Assembly (NCBI GenBank): GCA_036502185.1 | Contig: DASXYZ010000002.1 | Location: forward strand, 2,688-66,687 | Length of the DNA stretch: 64,000 bases | Direction: 5' to 3' | From: Rhizomicrobium sp. | GTDB lineage: Bacteria > Pseudomonadota > Alphaproteobacteria > Micropepsales > Micropepsaceae | Part shown: positions 1 to 10,793 of the stretch, piece after piece | Layout of the letters: every line of letters begins with the position of its first letter | Position numbering within the stretch: the first letter of the stretch is position 1 | Made by a program: the position numbers and the translations under genes | The notes under the pieces: model-generated | What the model was told of the DNA's origin: nothing | What the model saw: only the letters and a program-made list of their open reading frames with translations | The model's database searches: none

Positions 1-76
1 GCGATCAGGCGTTTTGTGATTGCCCGAACATTTTATCCGGACGGCCCTGCGCTTTCATGAGAATGACAATCGGCCT

Positions 77-325
77 TTATAGGTCAAGTACGCGGACAAG
101 GATAAGAGCGTAGAAAACAAGCCAGACGGCGGCGGCGGCGAATGTCGCGAGGAGCGCCTTGAAGAGAATGCGCGGATTGGCGGGCGCGCCTGCATCGGCT
201 AGCGCCGGCGTTGCCTCGCCGTTCTCGTGCGGCGCACGGATCCCGATCGGCAGCAGGATCTGCAGCATCAAAAACCACAGGATGACGTAGGCGCCGGCGA
301 GGACGATCCAGTGCATGCGCTTCAA
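77..325 (-). CDS. DUF1467 family small membrane protein
   Basis: Two hydrophobic helices around a 'PIGIR..HE.G......GAPANPR' motif; usual position after mce in alphaproteobacteria; start may be ATG at 316. Confidence 0.75.
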   Translation of the reverse strand: MKRMHWIVLAGAYVILWFLMLQILLPIGIRAPHENGEATPALADAGAPANPRILFKALLATFAAAAVWLVFYALILVRVLDL

Positions 326-362
326 CTTCCAACAGAGACTTGCATCGGCATCCGAACCAGCT

Positions 363-767
363 TCACGCCTGTTCGAGTTCGATCAGGGTGCCCAGGAAAT
401 CCTTCGGGTGCAGGAAGAGCACGTGTTTACCGTGGGCGCCCAGGCGCGGTTCGCCGTTGCCAAGGATCGTGGCACCGTTCGCGCGGAGGCAGTCGCGCGC
501 GGCGAGGATGTCTTCCACTTCGTAGCAAACATGATGGACGCCGCCCGCGGGATTTTTCTGCAGGAAACGCGCGATGGGCGAGTTCTCGCCAAGTGGCTCC
601 AGAAGTTCGATCTTGGTATTCGGCAGTTCGACGAAGACGGTAGTAACGCCATGCTCGGGCTGCGGCGCGGGATCGGATACTCGTGCGCCCAGTACCTCGC
701 GATAAATCCGCGCAGCCGCCGCGATATCCGCCGTAGCGATCGCCACGTGGTTGAGCCTCCCGATCAT
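363..767 (-). CDS. mce: Methylmalonyl-CoA epimerase (VOC family)
   Basis: MIGRLNHVAIA...EHGVTTVFVEL.NTKIELLEPLG...GGVHHVCYEV...HPKDF.GTLIELEQ. Confidence 0.95.
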   Translation of the reverse strand: MIGRLNHVAIATADIAAAARIYREVLGARVSDPAPQPEHGVTTVFVELPNTKIELLEPLGENSPIARFLQKNPAGGVHHVCYEVEDILAARDCLRANGATILGNGEPRLGAHGKHVLFLHPKDFLGTLIELEQA

Positions 768-768
768 C

Positions 769-2427
769 TCATACCCATATCACTTCCACACGCGTCACCG
801 GCTTCTTGCCCCAGTGCGCCATCGCTGCACGGCGGATCGCCAGCCGCGTGCGTTCCTTGAGGCCCGCCTCATCGCCACGCTTGCCGTCGTGCCGACCGAG
901 CGCCTCGTCGAGCGCGGCGCGTATGGAACCGTGCACTTCGTCCGGAATGCCTTCGAGGATAAGCACGGGATCGCCGGTGACACGGCCCTTTCGGTCGAGC
1001 GCGATCGTTGCCGCGACAAAGCCCGAAAAGGCGAGCGCGCCGCGCGCCCGGGCGTGGCCTTTGCCCTCGGCGACCAGCACCTTGCCGTCGAGATGGAGCC
1101 GGCCCGAGGGCGTTTCGTCGACGATCTCCGCGCGTCCGGGGGCGAGGCGCAGCATGTGCCCGTTCTGCAGCACGATTGCCTGCGGCACCTGGAGCGAGCG
1201 CGCGAGCCGCGCGTGCTCGGTCATGTGGCGCAACTCACCATGGACGGGCACGGCAACTCGCGGCCTCACCCAACGGTACATCTCCGCCAGTTCATCGCGC
1301 GCGGGATGGCCCGAGACGTGCACAAAATGGTCGCGCTCGGTAATTACTTCCACCCCCAGCGCCGCAAGTTTGTTCTGCAATTCGAAGATCGCGAGGTCGT
1401 TGCCGGGAATGATGCGCGAGGAAAAGATCACGCTGTCGCCGGGACCGAGAGCGACGGACGGATGCTCTGCAGCCGCGATGCGCGCGAGCGCGGCGCGCGG
1501 CTCACCCTGGCTGCCGGTGCAGAGGTAGAGAACGCGCGATGGCGCCAGCTGCGCCGCCTCCTCCGCTTCGATCGTGCGCGGAAGATCCGCGAGATACCCG
1601 GTCGCTTTTGCTGCTTCTACGATTCGTTGCATCGAACGGCCGACCAGAACGAGTTCGCGCCCGTGCCGCTTGGCAGCGATGCCGACGGAGTCGAGACGCG
1701 CGACATTGGAGGCGAACGCCGTCACTGCGATGCGGCCGGTGAGCGTGCCAATGAGATCGACAAGGCTTTGCCGCACGCGCGCTTCCGACCCGGATCCGCC
1801 GGGGACCAGCGCATTCGTCGAATCGCAAACGAGGGCCAGCGCGCCTTCCGCGCCGATCGCGCGCAATGCCGCTGAATCCGTGGTGCGGCCGACGAGCGGT
1901 TCCGGATCGAGCTTCCAGTCCCCGGTGTGCACCACCACGCCGAAGGGCGTGCGGATCGCGAGCGCGTTCGGCTCCGGAATCGAGTGGGTGATCGAAATGA
2001 ACTCGATGCGGAACGGACCCGCTTCGATGCGCCCGTCGAGAGGCACGATGTTCACGCGCACGCGCTCTGAAAGCCCTGCTTCGGCGAGCTTGCCCTCGAG
2101 CAGCTTCGCGGTGAAAGGAGTCGCATAGACGGGACAGCGAAGTTGCGGCCAGAGCTGCGCCACCGCTCCGATGTGATCCTCATGCGCATGAGTCAGCACG
2201 ATTGCAAGCACGTTTTCGCGCTGCTCGGCGAGATAGCGAATGTCGGGCATGATGACATCGACACCGGGCGTTCCGCTCTCGCGCCCGAACATCACGCCGC
2301 AATCGACCACGATCCAGCGCCGGTCCCCTGGCACGCCGCAGCCATAGGCGTTGAAGTTCATGCCGATCTCGCCGGCACCGCCGAGCGGCAAGAGGACAAG
2401 TTCGCTTTGTTCGAGTCGCGCGTCCAT
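769..2427 (-). CDS. rnj: Ribonuclease J
   Basis: PLGGAGEIGMN, THAHEDHIGA metallo-beta-lactamase motif, GSQGEP, HVSGH; start moved to ATG 2427, overlapping the coaX stop. Confidence 0.95.
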   Translation of the reverse strand: MDARLEQSELVLLPLGGAGEIGMNFNAYGCGVPGDRRWIVVDCGVMFGRESGTPGVDVIMPDIRYLAEQRENVLAIVLTHAHEDHIGAVAQLWPQLRCPVYATPFTAKLLEGKLAEAGLSERVRVNIVPLDGRIEAGPFRIEFISITHSIPEPNALAIRTPFGVVVHTGDWKLDPEPLVGRTTDSAALRAIGAEGALALVCDSTNALVPGGSGSEARVRQSLVDLIGTLTGRIAVTAFASNVARLDSVGIAAKRHGRELVLVGRSMQRIVEAAKATGYLADLPRTIEAEEAAQLAPSRVLYLCTGSQGEPRAALARIAAAEHPSVALGPGDSVIFSSRIIPGNDLAIFELQNKLAALGVEVITERDHFVHVSGHPARDELAEMYRWVRPRVAVPVHGELRHMTEHARLARSLQVPQAIVLQNGHMLRLAPGRAEIVDETPSGRLHLDGKVLVAEGKGHARARGALAFSGFVAATIALDRKGRVTGDPVLILEGIPDEVHGSIRAALDEALGRHDGKRGDEAGLKERTRLAIRRAAMAHWGKKPVTRVEVIWV

Positions 2428-3221
2428 CAGGAGTTCAAACGCGCCCGCCCCGCATTGGTGTTCCGGGCGTGGAGGAGGACGAGCCCGCGGATAGTCAGAT
2501 CCGCATCCAGATGATCGATGGCCTGAGTCTGACGGAAGAACACCCCGGCCAGACCACCCGTACCGATCACGGTCATGGGCTCGGCGTACTCGGCTCGGAT
2601 ACGGGCGACGAGCCCTTCCACCAGGCCGAGATAGCCCCAGTAGAGGCCCGACTGCATCGCGGGCACGGTGTCCTTGCCGATAACGGTCTGCGTGCGCTGG
2701 ATGGCGACACGCGGCAGCATCGCGGCACCCCGGTGCAGCGCCTCGGCCGAGACGTTGATGCCCGGCGCGATCACGCCGCCTTCGTAGTTCCCGGCCGCGC
2801 TCACGATATCGAAGGTCGTGGCGGTACCGAAATCGACCACCACCAGCGCCCCTTTGTAGCGCTCGTGCGCCGCCACCGCGTTGACGAGCCGGTCCGCGCC
2901 CACGGTGGTTGGACGGTCCACGCGAATCTCGATGCCGAGAGCGACATTGGGTTCGCCGACCACCAGCGGCTCGCATTTGAGATAGCGCCGGCAGAACAGG
3001 CGCAGGTCGAACAAGGCCGCCGGGACGACCGTCGCGATGATCGCGCAGTCGAGATCGGCGAAGCTCATGGCATGCAGCGAGAGCAGCGGGCCGAGCAGCA
3101 CCGCGTATTCGTCGGCGGTTCGCGCCTGGTCCATCACAGCGCGCCATTCCGCGCGAATTTCCCTGCCCTCGCAGATCGCGAAGACGATGTTGGTATTCCC
3201 GGCGTCTATCGCGAGGAGCAT
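2427..3221 (-). CDS. coaX: Type III pantothenate kinase
   Basis: MLLAIDAGNTN, GADRLVNA, VVDFGTATTFD, GGVIAPG motifs. Confidence 0.95.
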   Translation of the reverse strand: MLLAIDAGNTNIVFAICEGREIRAEWRAVMDQARTADEYAVLLGPLLSLHAMSFADLDCAIIATVVPAALFDLRLFCRRYLKCEPLVVGEPNVALGIEIRVDRPTTVGADRLVNAVAAHERYKGALVVVDFGTATTFDIVSAAGNYEGGVIAPGINVSAEALHRGAAMLPRVAIQRTQTVIGKDTVPAMQSGLYWGYLGLVEGLVARIRAEYAEPMTVIGTGGLAGVFFRQTQAIDHLDADLTIRGLVLLHARNTNAGRARLNS

Positions 3222-3269
3222 TGGATCCGTCGCTTACTGTGGCGCGCGCAGACCGCGGACCCTCTACCC

Positions 3270-3412
3270 TCACCATGGCCGGCCGGCGAGCCGGCCACCC
3301 AGTGCCGCGCGTCGGCGCGGCGAAAGAATCTTTGCTCGCCGACATCGCAAAGCTCCATTCGGCTCGCCGACGCTCGCCGGCTGGGTGGCCGGGTCGAGCC
3401 CGGCCATGGTGA
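3270..3412. repeat. REP-like palindromic element (CCATGGCCGG...CCGGCCACCCAG / CTGGGTGGCCGGG...CCGGCCATGG type)
   Basis: Terminal inverted arms TCACCATGGCCGG..CCGGCCACCCAG and CTGGGTGGCCGGG..CCGGCCATGGTGA; internal hairpin GCCGCGCGTCGGCGCGGC; followed by a half-copy TTTCGCGGGAATGAC (~3430-3447) of the family at 49355. Confidence 0.85.
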
Positions 3413-3471
3413 ATGGAGAGAGCCCATGGGTTTCGCGGGAATGACAGCGGTTTCGTAGTCGCGCATTCCCA

Positions 3472-4215
3472 TCAAAAAAACACCTCCCCCGCGGAGATGG
3501 TGCGCAGGCGCGACGGGTGTTCGCGCAAAAGGAGCGCGCCGCTGCCGTCGATGCCTTCGAACACGCCGCTGGTTTCCCCGCCCCCGAGCCGCGCCCGGAT
3601 TCGTGCGCCAAGCCCCGCCGCGCGCACGAGCCATCCGTCGCGAACCGGCTCGAATCCCTGTTCCGACCAGATGTCATACCATCGCGCCCAGGCGCGGGCG
3701 AGCACGGTCAGGGCGCCACGCGCCGGAGGGGTTTCGCAGTTCAGCGCGGCAAGCGAAGTCGCCGGAAACTCCGTTCGTTCGGGATGCGTTGCGAGATTGA
3801 TCCCGATGCCGACCGCGAGCCAGTCGGGCCGGGTGCCGTCGTTGCTCGCCGACTCAAGAAGAATACCGGCGATCTTGCGGCCGCAGACGAGCACGTCGTT
3901 TGGCCATTTCACCCGCACGTCCGTCGGCGGCGTGTAGCGGGCGACCATATCCGCAACGGCCAATGCCGCGACGAAGGAGAGTTGCGCGCATTCCGCGACG
4001 GGCTTCTTCAGCCGCAGAAGAAGCGTCGAGGCAAGATTTCCCGCGGGCGCTTCCCAGATGCGCCCGCGCCTTCCGCGGCCTTGCGTCTGCCGGTCGGCAA
4101 CAATCCAGAGCGGCGCCGGAGCGCCAGCGCCAGCAAGACGGCGCGCTTCGGCATTGGTCGAATCGAGTTCGGCGAAGTGGCGGAGGCCATAGCCGGCCGG
4201 CCAGGCTTCGCTCAC
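3472..4215 (-). CDS. birA: Biotin--[acetyl-CoA-carboxylase] ligase
   Basis: DSTN, QTQGRGRRGR.W, KWPNDV, KIAGILLE, AGEV motifs; GTG start overlaps the nuoN stop (GTGA). Confidence 0.93.
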   Translation of the reverse strand: MSEAWPAGYGLRHFAELDSTNAEARRLAGAGAPAPLWIVADRQTQGRGRRGRIWEAPAGNLASTLLLRLKKPVAECAQLSFVAALAVADMVARYTPPTDVRVKWPNDVLVCGRKIAGILLESASNDGTRPDWLAVGIGINLATHPERTEFPATSLAALNCETPPARGALTVLARAWARWYDIWSEQGFEPVRDGWLVRAAGLGARIRARLGGGETSGVFEGIDGSGALLLREHPSRLRTISAGEVFF

Positions 4216-5654
4216 GAGATGATCGCCTTGGCGCCCACCGCGGCGGCAGCGACCAGCGGATACGCGAACAGTACAAAAAACACATTGAACACGCTCGCGC
4301 CCGCCATGATCGAACCCAGCGGCGCCCCGATCGCCGCATCGAATGCCGGCGCCGGTTCGTCGAAATACATGATCTTGACGATTCGGAAGTAGTAGTAGGC
4401 GCCGATCACGCTCGCGATGACGCCGAGAATTGCGAGCGCGTAGAGATGCGCATCGATGGCGGCGAGGAAGACGTAGAACTTCGCGAAGAAGCCCGCGAAG
4501 GGCGGAATACCCGCAAGGCTCACGAACAGGATCGCAAAAGCGAGCGCGAGCCGCGGATCTGTACGGGCAAGACCTGCCAGGTCGGGAATGGTCTCGACCA
4601 TTTTGCCCTGCCGGCGCATGGCCAGAATGCAGACGAAGACGCCGGCATTGGTGACGACGTAGATCGCAAGGTAGATCAGGACGCCTTGCACGCCCTGGTA
4701 CGTGCCTGCGGCGATGCCCATCAGCGCGTAACCCATATGGGCGATGGAGCTGTAGGCCATCAGGCGCTTGATGTTGGTCTGCCCGATCGCGGCGATCGAG
4801 CCCAGGAACATCGACAGGACAGAGACAAAGATCACGATCTGCCGCCATTCGTGAATTGCGCCGGGCATCGCCACCAACATCGCGCGCACGAACAGCGCCA
4901 TGGCCGCGGTTTTGGGCGCAATCGAGAAGAACGCGGTGATCGGCGTGGGGGCGCCCTCGTATACATCCGGGGTCCACATATGGAATGGCACCGCGGAGAC
5001 CTTGAAGGCGAGGCCAGCGATCAGGAAAACAAGGCCAAACACAACCCCGATATTGGTGCCGGCATGGGCGACCGCGCGCGCCACCGCGGGAAAATCTGTC
5101 GTCCCGGCAAAGCCGTAGATGAACGAGATGCCGTAAAGCATCATTCCCGATGAGAGCGCGCCCAGCACGAAATATTTGAGCCCGGCTTCGCTCGAGCGTA
5201 CCGAATCGCGATCAAAGGCGGCGAGCACGTAAAGCGACAGGCTCTGCAGCTCGAATCCGAGATAAAGGGCGATGAAATTCGTCGCCGACACCATGAACAG
5301 CATGCCGATGGTGCCGAGGAGCACGAGCACGGAGAATTCGAAACTGGCGATCTTCTCCCGTTCGAGAAAATCCTGAGACATGAGGAGCGCAAGCGCCGAG
5401 CCGAGCAGCACGAGGATTTTTGCGTAACGTGCGAACCCGTCGGCCGCAAAGGCGCCCCCGAACGCCGAGTGCGCAGTCGTGAGCGGCGCCACCACGAACC
5501 AGCCCGCCACGATGAGCGCGCAGATGGCCGAAACAAGAACCGGACGGAAGGTCGCGCGCCCGCCCACCGCGCCTACCATCAGCAACCCCATGGCGGCGAG
5601 CGCGAGCAGGCATTCCGGGAACAGGACGAGAATGTTGGTGCCAATGCTGGTCAT
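4212..5654 (-). CDS. nuoN: NADH-quinone oxidoreductase subunit N
   Basis: [35 protein letters not shown]; position in operon. Confidence 0.97.
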   Translation of the reverse strand: MTSIGTNILVLFPECLLALAAMGLLMVGAVGGRATFRPVLVSAICALIVAGWFVVAPLTTAHSAFGGAFAADGFARYAKILVLLGSALALLMSQDFLEREKIASFEFSVLVLLGTIGMLFMVSATNFIALYLGFELQSLSLYVLAAFDRDSVRSSEAGLKYFVLGALSSGMMLYGISFIYGFAGTTDFPAVARAVAHAGTNIGVVFGLVFLIAGLAFKVSAVPFHMWTPDVYEGAPTPITAFFSIAPKTAAMALFVRAMLVAMPGAIHEWRQIVIFVSVLSMFLGSIAAIGQTNIKRLMAYSSIAHMGYALMGIAAGTYQGVQGVLIYLAIYVVTNAGVFVCILAMRRQGKMVETIPDLAGLARTDPRLALAFAILFVSLAGIPPFAGFFAKFYVFLAAIDAHLYALAILGVIASVIGAYYYFRIVKIMYFDEPAPAFDAAIGAPLGSIMAGASVFNVFFVLFAYPLVAAAAVGAKAIIS

Positions 5655-7321
5655 GGCAGAAGCTCCGCGGCCGTCGCTCCAGACCTTTCCTCCCCCGTCG
5701 TGGGAGAGGTGTCGAGTGGAGCGAAGCGGAACGAGACGGAGGGGGAAGAGTCGACAATATCACTGCCCCCTCCGGCGCGCTGGCGCGCGCCACCTCCCCC
5801 ATGCTGGGGGAGGAACGCCAAATGCGTATCATTCTCGCCTCGCATCGCCAGGCGATGCTGCGCGACGAGGTTGGCGACGGAGACGGAGGTCTCGTCGAAG
5901 ATAATGCGCGGGTAGACGCCAAGCACGATGGTGAAGGCGACGAGCGGCGCCAGAATCGCGATTTCGCGCGCGCTCAGATCCTGCATGACCTTCAGCGCCG
6001 GCTTCACCAGCGCGCCGAAGATGACCCGCCCGTAGAGATAGAGCATGTAAGCCGCCGAGAGGATCAGGCCCGTGGTCGCGAATATCACCACCCAGGTGTT
6101 GACGTGGAAGGTGCCGAGCAAGGTCAAGAACTCGCCGACGAAACCGCTCGTCCCCGGCAGCCCCATATTGGCGAGGGTGAACACCATGAAACAGGCGGCA
6201 TAGACGGGCATGCGCTCGACGAGGCCGCCATAGGCCGCGATCTCGCGCGTGTGCAGGCGGTCGTACACCACGCCCACACAGAGGAAGAGCGCCCCCGACA
6301 CAATGCCATGCGACAGCATCTGGAAAATGCCGCCGTCAATGCCCTGCTGCGTCAGCGAGAATATTCCCATCGTGACGAGGCCCATATGGGCAACCGAGGA
6401 ATAGGCAATGAGCTTCTTCATATCCTCCTGGGCGAGCGCCACGAGCGAGGTGTAGACGATCGCCACAACCGAAAGGACGAAGACGAGCGGCGCGAACAGC
6501 TCCGATGCGTTCGGCATCATCGGAAGTGAGAAGCGCAGGAATCCGTAGCCGCCCATCTTGAGCAGGATGCCGGCAAGGATGACCGAACCCGCCGTCGGCG
6601 CTTCTACGTGGGCATCCGGTAACCAGGTATGGACCGGCCACATCGGCATCTTGACCGCGAATGAGGCAAAGAAGGCGAGCCACAACCAGGTCTGCATGGC
6701 CGGTGAGAAATGGGCCGTACGGATCAGCGTGTCGATGTCGGTGGTGCCGGTCTGGAAATAAATCGACAGGATCGCGAGCAGCATGAGCAGCGATCCGAGC
6801 AGCGTGTAAAGAAAGAACTTGAAGCTCGCATAGACGCGCCGCGCACCGCCCCACACGCCGATGATGAGGAACATCGGAACCAGTCCGCCCTCGAAGAATA
6901 CGTAGAACAGCACGAGATTGAGCGAGGTGAACACCCCGATCATCATTGTTTCGAGAAGGAGGAACGCGATCATGTATTCCGGCACGCGCTCGGTGATCGA
7001 TTTCCAGCTCGCGAGAATGCAGAACGGCATCAGCCCCGCCGTCAGCACCACGAACAGCATCGATATTCCGTCCACGCCGACACGATAGGTGATGCCGGTG
7101 CCGAGCCACGCCGCCTGTTCGACGAACTGGAAAGCGGCCGAGGAGCCGTCGAAGCGGGCCCAGACGATCAGCGCCACGGCGAGATTGCCGATCGTCGTCG
7201 CGAGCGCAATCACCCGCGCGGTCTGGGCAAGCGACTCGCGGCTGCCGCGCGCCACCAGAATGAACAGCGCACCCGCAAGCGGCAGGAAATTGGCAATGGT
7301 CAGGAGGGGCACGTGGTTCAT
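5651..7321 (-). CDS. nuoM: NADH-quinone oxidoreductase subunit M, with a 43-aa repeat-derived insertion near the C-terminus
   Basis: [41 protein letters not shown]; the tail contains the element at 5687-5815. Confidence 0.97.
   Translation of the reverse strand: MNHVPLLTIANFLPLAGALFILVARGSRESLAQTARVIALATTIGNLAVALIVWARFDGSSAAFQFVEQAAWLGTGITYRVGVDGISMLFVVLTAGLMPFCILASWKSITERVPEYMIAFLLLETMMIGVFTSLNLVLFYVFFEGGLVPMFLIIGVWGGARRVYASFKFFLYTLLGSLLMLLAILSIYFQTGTTDIDTLIRTAHFSPAMQTWLWLAFFASFAVKMPMWPVHTWLPDAHVEAPTAGSVILAGILLKMGGYGFLRFSLPMMPNASELFAPLVFVLSVVAIVYTSLVALAQEDMKKLIAYSSVAHMGLVTMGIFSLTQQGIDGGIFQMLSHGIVSGALFLCVGVVYDRLHTREIAAYGGLVERMPVYAACFMVFTLANMGLPGTSGFVGEFLTLLGTFHVNTWVVIFATTGLILSAAYMLYLYGRVIFGALVKPALKVMQDLSAREIAILAPLVAFTIVLGVYPRIIFDETSVSVANLVAQHRLAMRGENDTHLAFLPQHGGGGARQRAGGGSDIVDSSPSVSFRFAPLDTSPTTGEERSGATAAELLP
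5687..5815. repeat. Palindromic REP/MITE-like element inside the nuoM coding sequence
   Basis: Ends TTCCTCCCCC / GGGGGAGGAA are exact reverse complements; terminal sub-hairpins; inner GGAGGGGG / CCCCCTCC pair; 129 bp = 43 codons; same architecture as 54418-54658. Confidence 0.85.
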
Positions 7322-9351
7322 CGCGCACCCACGGTGAAGACGAACCAGGTCGCGAGCACCACGACCCCGATCAGCATCGCAAACGCGTAGTGGTAGACAT
7401 ACCCGGACTGCAGGCGCACCGCTTCGCGCGTCGCATCGATCACCCGTGCGGCCACGCCGTCAGGTCCCAGCCCGTCGATGACACGCCCGTCGCCACCGCG
7501 CCAGAACAGCCGGCCGATCCAGAAGGCGGGCCGAACGAAAAGAACGTCATACAGCTCGTCGAAATACCACTTGTTGTAGAGGAACGTGTAGACGAGCCCC
7601 CGGCGCTTCGCCATCTGCGGCGGTAACTCGGGATGCAGGATGTAATAGTACCAGGCGATCAGGAAACCGATGATCGTGAGCACGAAGGGCCCGAACTCCA
7701 CCCACACCGGAAGCTCGGTGCCGGACGCTGGCGCGCGGCCGGTGACCGCCGCGACGGTCCCGTGCCAGAACCCTTTCGCATCGCTGCCGATGAAGAGATG
7801 CGCGAAAATCCCGCCGGCGATGAGCGCGCCGATCGCGAGCGCAAACAGAGGCACAAGCATGGTCCACGGCGATTCATGCACTTCCGATAGCCGCACGCCA
7901 TGTTCATGCTCATGCCCCTCGCCCGCCAGCGGCTCGTCATGGGCGTGCGCATCTGCGTCGGCATGGGCGAATTTCTCCTCTTTCGCCCCCTTGTATGAGC
8001 CGTGGAACGTCATCAGGAACTGGCGCCAGGAGTAGAATGAAGTCAGGAGCACCGAGAACAGCGTCAGCACGAAGGCGTAGGTGCCCACCGGGGTACCTGC
8101 GAGCCATGTCGCGTTGATGATTTCGTCTTTGGAATAGAAGCCTGAAGTGCCGATGCCGAGGAGCGGCAGACCAACGCCGGTCAGCGCGAGATTGCCGATC
8201 AGCATGGTGAGCCAGGTGTAGGGCAGCATTGTTGCGAGCCCGCCCATCTTGCGCATGTCCTGCTCATGATGGACGGCGGTGATCACCGAGCCTGCGCACA
8301 AAAACAGGAGCGCCTTGAAGAAGGCGTGGGTGAACAGATGGAACATGGCCGCGCCGTACGCCGAGACGCCGGCCGCCGCGAACATGTAGCCGAGCTGCGA
8401 ACAGGTCGAATAGGCAATGACCCGTTTGATGTCGTTCTGGAACAGACCGACCGTCGCCGCGAAAAGCGCGGTGGTGGCACCGATGAAGGCGACGAAGCCA
8501 AGCGCCACGGGTGCGTGCTCGAAAAGCGGCGAGCAGCGGCAGACGAGAAACACGCCCGCCGTCACCATCGTCGCGGCATGAATCAGCGCAGAGACGGGGG
8601 TGGGGCCCTCCATCGCATCCGGCAACCAGACGTGAAGGCCGATCTGCGCTGATTTGCCCATCGCGCCGATGAACAGCAGAAAGCAGATGGTGGTCAGGAT
8701 ATCGAGATGATGGCCGGCAAAGAGAAATGTCTTTCCCGCCATCGCGGGCGCGGCGCCGAACACCGCCGAGAAATCGAGGGTATGGAACGTCATCCACACA
8801 GCAAAAATTCCGAGCGCGAATCCGAAATCGCCGATGCGGTTGACGACAAACGCCTTGATGGCGGCGGCGTTCGCGGTCGGGCGGGTGTACCAGAAACCGA
8901 TCAGGAGATAGGACGAAAGCCCCACGCCTTCCCAGCCGAAGAACAGCTGGAGGAAGTTGTTGGCGGTTACGAGCGCCAGCATCGAGAATGTGAAGAACGA
9001 CAGGTACGAAAAGAAGCGCGGCCGGTGCGGGTCCTCGTGCATATAGCCGATGGAATAAAGATGCACGAGTGCCGAGACGCCCGTGACCACGACCAGCATG
9101 ACCGCGGTGAGCGCGTCGACGCGGATGGCCCAGCCCGCGTGAAAATCGCCCGAGCGGATCCAGTCCGCGATGGGCACCAGTCCGGCGTGGCCGAGGAAGA
9201 TCACGTCATAGAAGGCGATGCAGGAGAGCGCGGCCGAGGCGAACAGAGGGATCGTGGTCACGACCTCGGAGGCACGCGCGCCGATCGCGCGGCCGAACAG
9301 CCCGGCGATGGCCGAACCCAGAAGCGGAAGAAAGACGATCGCCGCGTACAC
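7318..9351 (-). CDS. nuoL: NADH-quinone oxidoreductase subunit L
   Basis: [49 protein letters not shown]; His-rich loop; GTG start. Confidence 0.97.
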   Translation of the reverse strand: MYAAIVFLPLLGSAIAGLFGRAIGARASEVVTTIPLFASAALSCIAFYDVIFLGHAGLVPIADWIRSGDFHAGWAIRVDALTAVMLVVVTGVSALVHLYSIGYMHEDPHRPRFFSYLSFFTFSMLALVTANNFLQLFFGWEGVGLSSYLLIGFWYTRPTANAAAIKAFVVNRIGDFGFALGIFAVWMTFHTLDFSAVFGAAPAMAGKTFLFAGHHLDILTTICFLLFIGAMGKSAQIGLHVWLPDAMEGPTPVSALIHAATMVTAGVFLVCRCSPLFEHAPVALGFVAFIGATTALFAATVGLFQNDIKRVIAYSTCSQLGYMFAAAGVSAYGAAMFHLFTHAFFKALLFLCAGSVITAVHHEQDMRKMGGLATMLPYTWLTMLIGNLALTGVGLPLLGIGTSGFYSKDEIINATWLAGTPVGTYAFVLTLFSVLLTSFYSWRQFLMTFHGSYKGAKEEKFAHADADAHAHDEPLAGEGHEHEHGVRLSEVHESPWTMLVPLFALAIGALIAGGIFAHLFIGSDAKGFWHGTVAAVTGRAPASGTELPVWVEFGPFVLTIIGFLIAWYYYILHPELPPQMAKRRGLVYTFLYNKWYFDELYDVLFVRPAFWIGRLFWRGGDGRVIDGLGPDGVAARVIDATREAVRLQSGYVYHYAFAMLIGVVVLATWFVFTVGAR

Positions 9352-9355
9352 GCCC

Positions 9356-9661
9356 TCAGCCCTTCATCAGATTGACATTCTCGACCGCAATCGAGCCGCG
9401 ATTGCGGAAATAGACGACAAGAATCGCGAGTCCGATCGCCGCTTCCGCGGCCGCGACGGTCAGCACGAAAAGCGCGAAAATCTGACCGATCAGATTTCCG
9501 AGATAGGCCGAGAAGGCCACGAAGTTGATGTTGACCGAGAGCAGGATCAGCTCGATCGACATCAGGATGATGATGACGTTGCGGCGGTTGAGAAAAATTC
9601 CGAGCACGCCGATCGTGAAGACGATGGCGGCAACCGCAAGATAATGGGCGAGCCCGATCAA
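9356..9661 (-). CDS. nuoK: NADH-quinone oxidoreductase subunit K
   Basis: IGLAHYL...[23 protein letters not shown]...[10 protein letters not shown]; TTG start inferred (CTG at 9667 is an alternative). Confidence 0.95.
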   Translation of the reverse strand: MIGLAHYLAVAAIVFTIGVLGIFLNRRNVIIILMSIELILLSVNINFVAFSAYLGNLIGQIFALFVLTVAAAEAAIGLAILVVYFRNRGSIAVENVNLMKG

Positions 9662-9663
9662 GT

Positions 9664-10269
9664 TCAGCCCCCCTGCCCCGGCGGCACGTCCACCAGCCTG
9701 ATCGCAAGCGCCGGATCGCGCGCGTTCTGCCGGGCGATCTTCTGGCGCCGCGCGTCGGGCTTGTGGCGCAGCGTCAGCACGATCGCCCCGATCATCGCGA
9801 CGAGCAGGATGAGCCCCGCCGTCTCGAAGTAGTAGATGTAGTCTGTGTAGAGCACGCGCCCGAAAGCTTCGGTGTTGGTGAGGTTCGCAGGCGCTGCGTG
9901 GGGCAGCGGACTGTGCGAGGCGGGTGCGAGCGCCCAAGTGCCCACCAGCACCAGCTCGGTGGCGAGAATGACGCCGACGAGCCCGCCAAGCGGCAGATAT
10001 TGCAGCACGCCGTGCTTCAGCTCGGCAAAATCGACATCGAGCATCATCACCACGAACAGGAACAGCACCGCGACCGCGCCGACATAGACGATAAGCAGGA
10101 TCAGCGCGAGGAACTCGGCGCCCAGGAGGATGAACAGCGCCGCGGCGCTGAAGAAGGCGAGGATCAGGAACAGCACCGAATGGACGGGATTGCGCGAAGC
10201 AATCACCATCAGTGCGGCGCCGATCAGCACCGCCGAGAACGCATAAAAGGCGATCGCGGTCAGCAGCAT
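9664..10269 (-). CDS. nuoJ: NADH-quinone oxidoreductase subunit J
   Basis: [28 protein letters not shown]. Confidence 0.96.
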   Translation of the reverse strand: MLLTAIAFYAFSAVLIGAALMVIASRNPVHSVLFLILAFFSAAALFILLGAEFLALILLIVYVGAVAVLFLFVVMMLDVDFAELKHGVLQYLPLGGLVGVILATELVLVGTWALAPASHSPLPHAAPANLTNTEAFGRVLYTDYIYYFETAGLILLVAMIGAIVLTLRHKPDARRQKIARQNARDPALAIRLVDVPPGQGG

Positions 10270-10298
10270 AAGCCTGTCGTCATCCCCTCAGGCGCCCT

Positions 10299-10787
10299 TT
10301 AGCGGTAGGGCGCGTCCAGTTCCAGATTGCGCGCGATCTCGCGTTCCCAGCGGTCGCCGTTCGCGAGCAGTCGGTCCTTGTCGTAATAGAGTTCCTCGCG
10401 CGTTTCCGTCGAGAACTCGAAATTCGGCCCCTCGACGATTGCATCCACCGGGCAGGCCTCCTGGCACAGACCGCAATAGATGCATTTGACCATGTCGATG
10501 TCGTAGCGGGTGGTGCGGCGGCTGCCGTCCTCGCGCGGTTCGGCCTCGATGGTGATGGCGAGCGCAGGACAGATCGCCTCGCACAGCTTGCAGGCGATAC
10601 AGCGTTCCTCGCCGTTCGGATAGCGGCGCAGTACATGCTCGCCGCGGAACCGCGGACTGAGCGGCCCCTTCTCGAAGGGATAGTTCAGCGTCGCCTTGGG
10701 CTTGAAGAAGTAGCGGATGGCGAGCCAGAACGCTTTCACGAGCTCCCAGAGGAAAATCCTGCGTGCGGTGCGGTCGAGCCAGGCCAT
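10299..10787 (-). CDS. nuoI: NADH-quinone oxidoreductase subunit I
   Basis: Two CxxCxxCxxxCP 4Fe-4S motifs; YPNGEERC. Confidence 0.97.
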   Translation of the reverse strand: MAWLDRTARRIFLWELVKAFWLAIRYFFKPKATLNYPFEKGPLSPRFRGEHVLRRYPNGEERCIACKLCEAICPALAITIEAEPREDGSRRTTRYDIDMVKCIYCGLCQEACPVDAIVEGPNFEFSTETREELYYDKDRLLANGDRWEREIARNLELDAPYR

Positions 10788-10793
10788 GGCGCC

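Noticed and set aside
2428-3345. Long N-terminal extension of the 858-aa RNase J ORF
   Set aside because: An alternative-frame run-through over coaX; RNase J homology starts at 2427
7870-7990. His-rich loop in NuoL
   Set aside because: A common feature of alphaproteobacterial NuoL; no repeat-element boundaries seen
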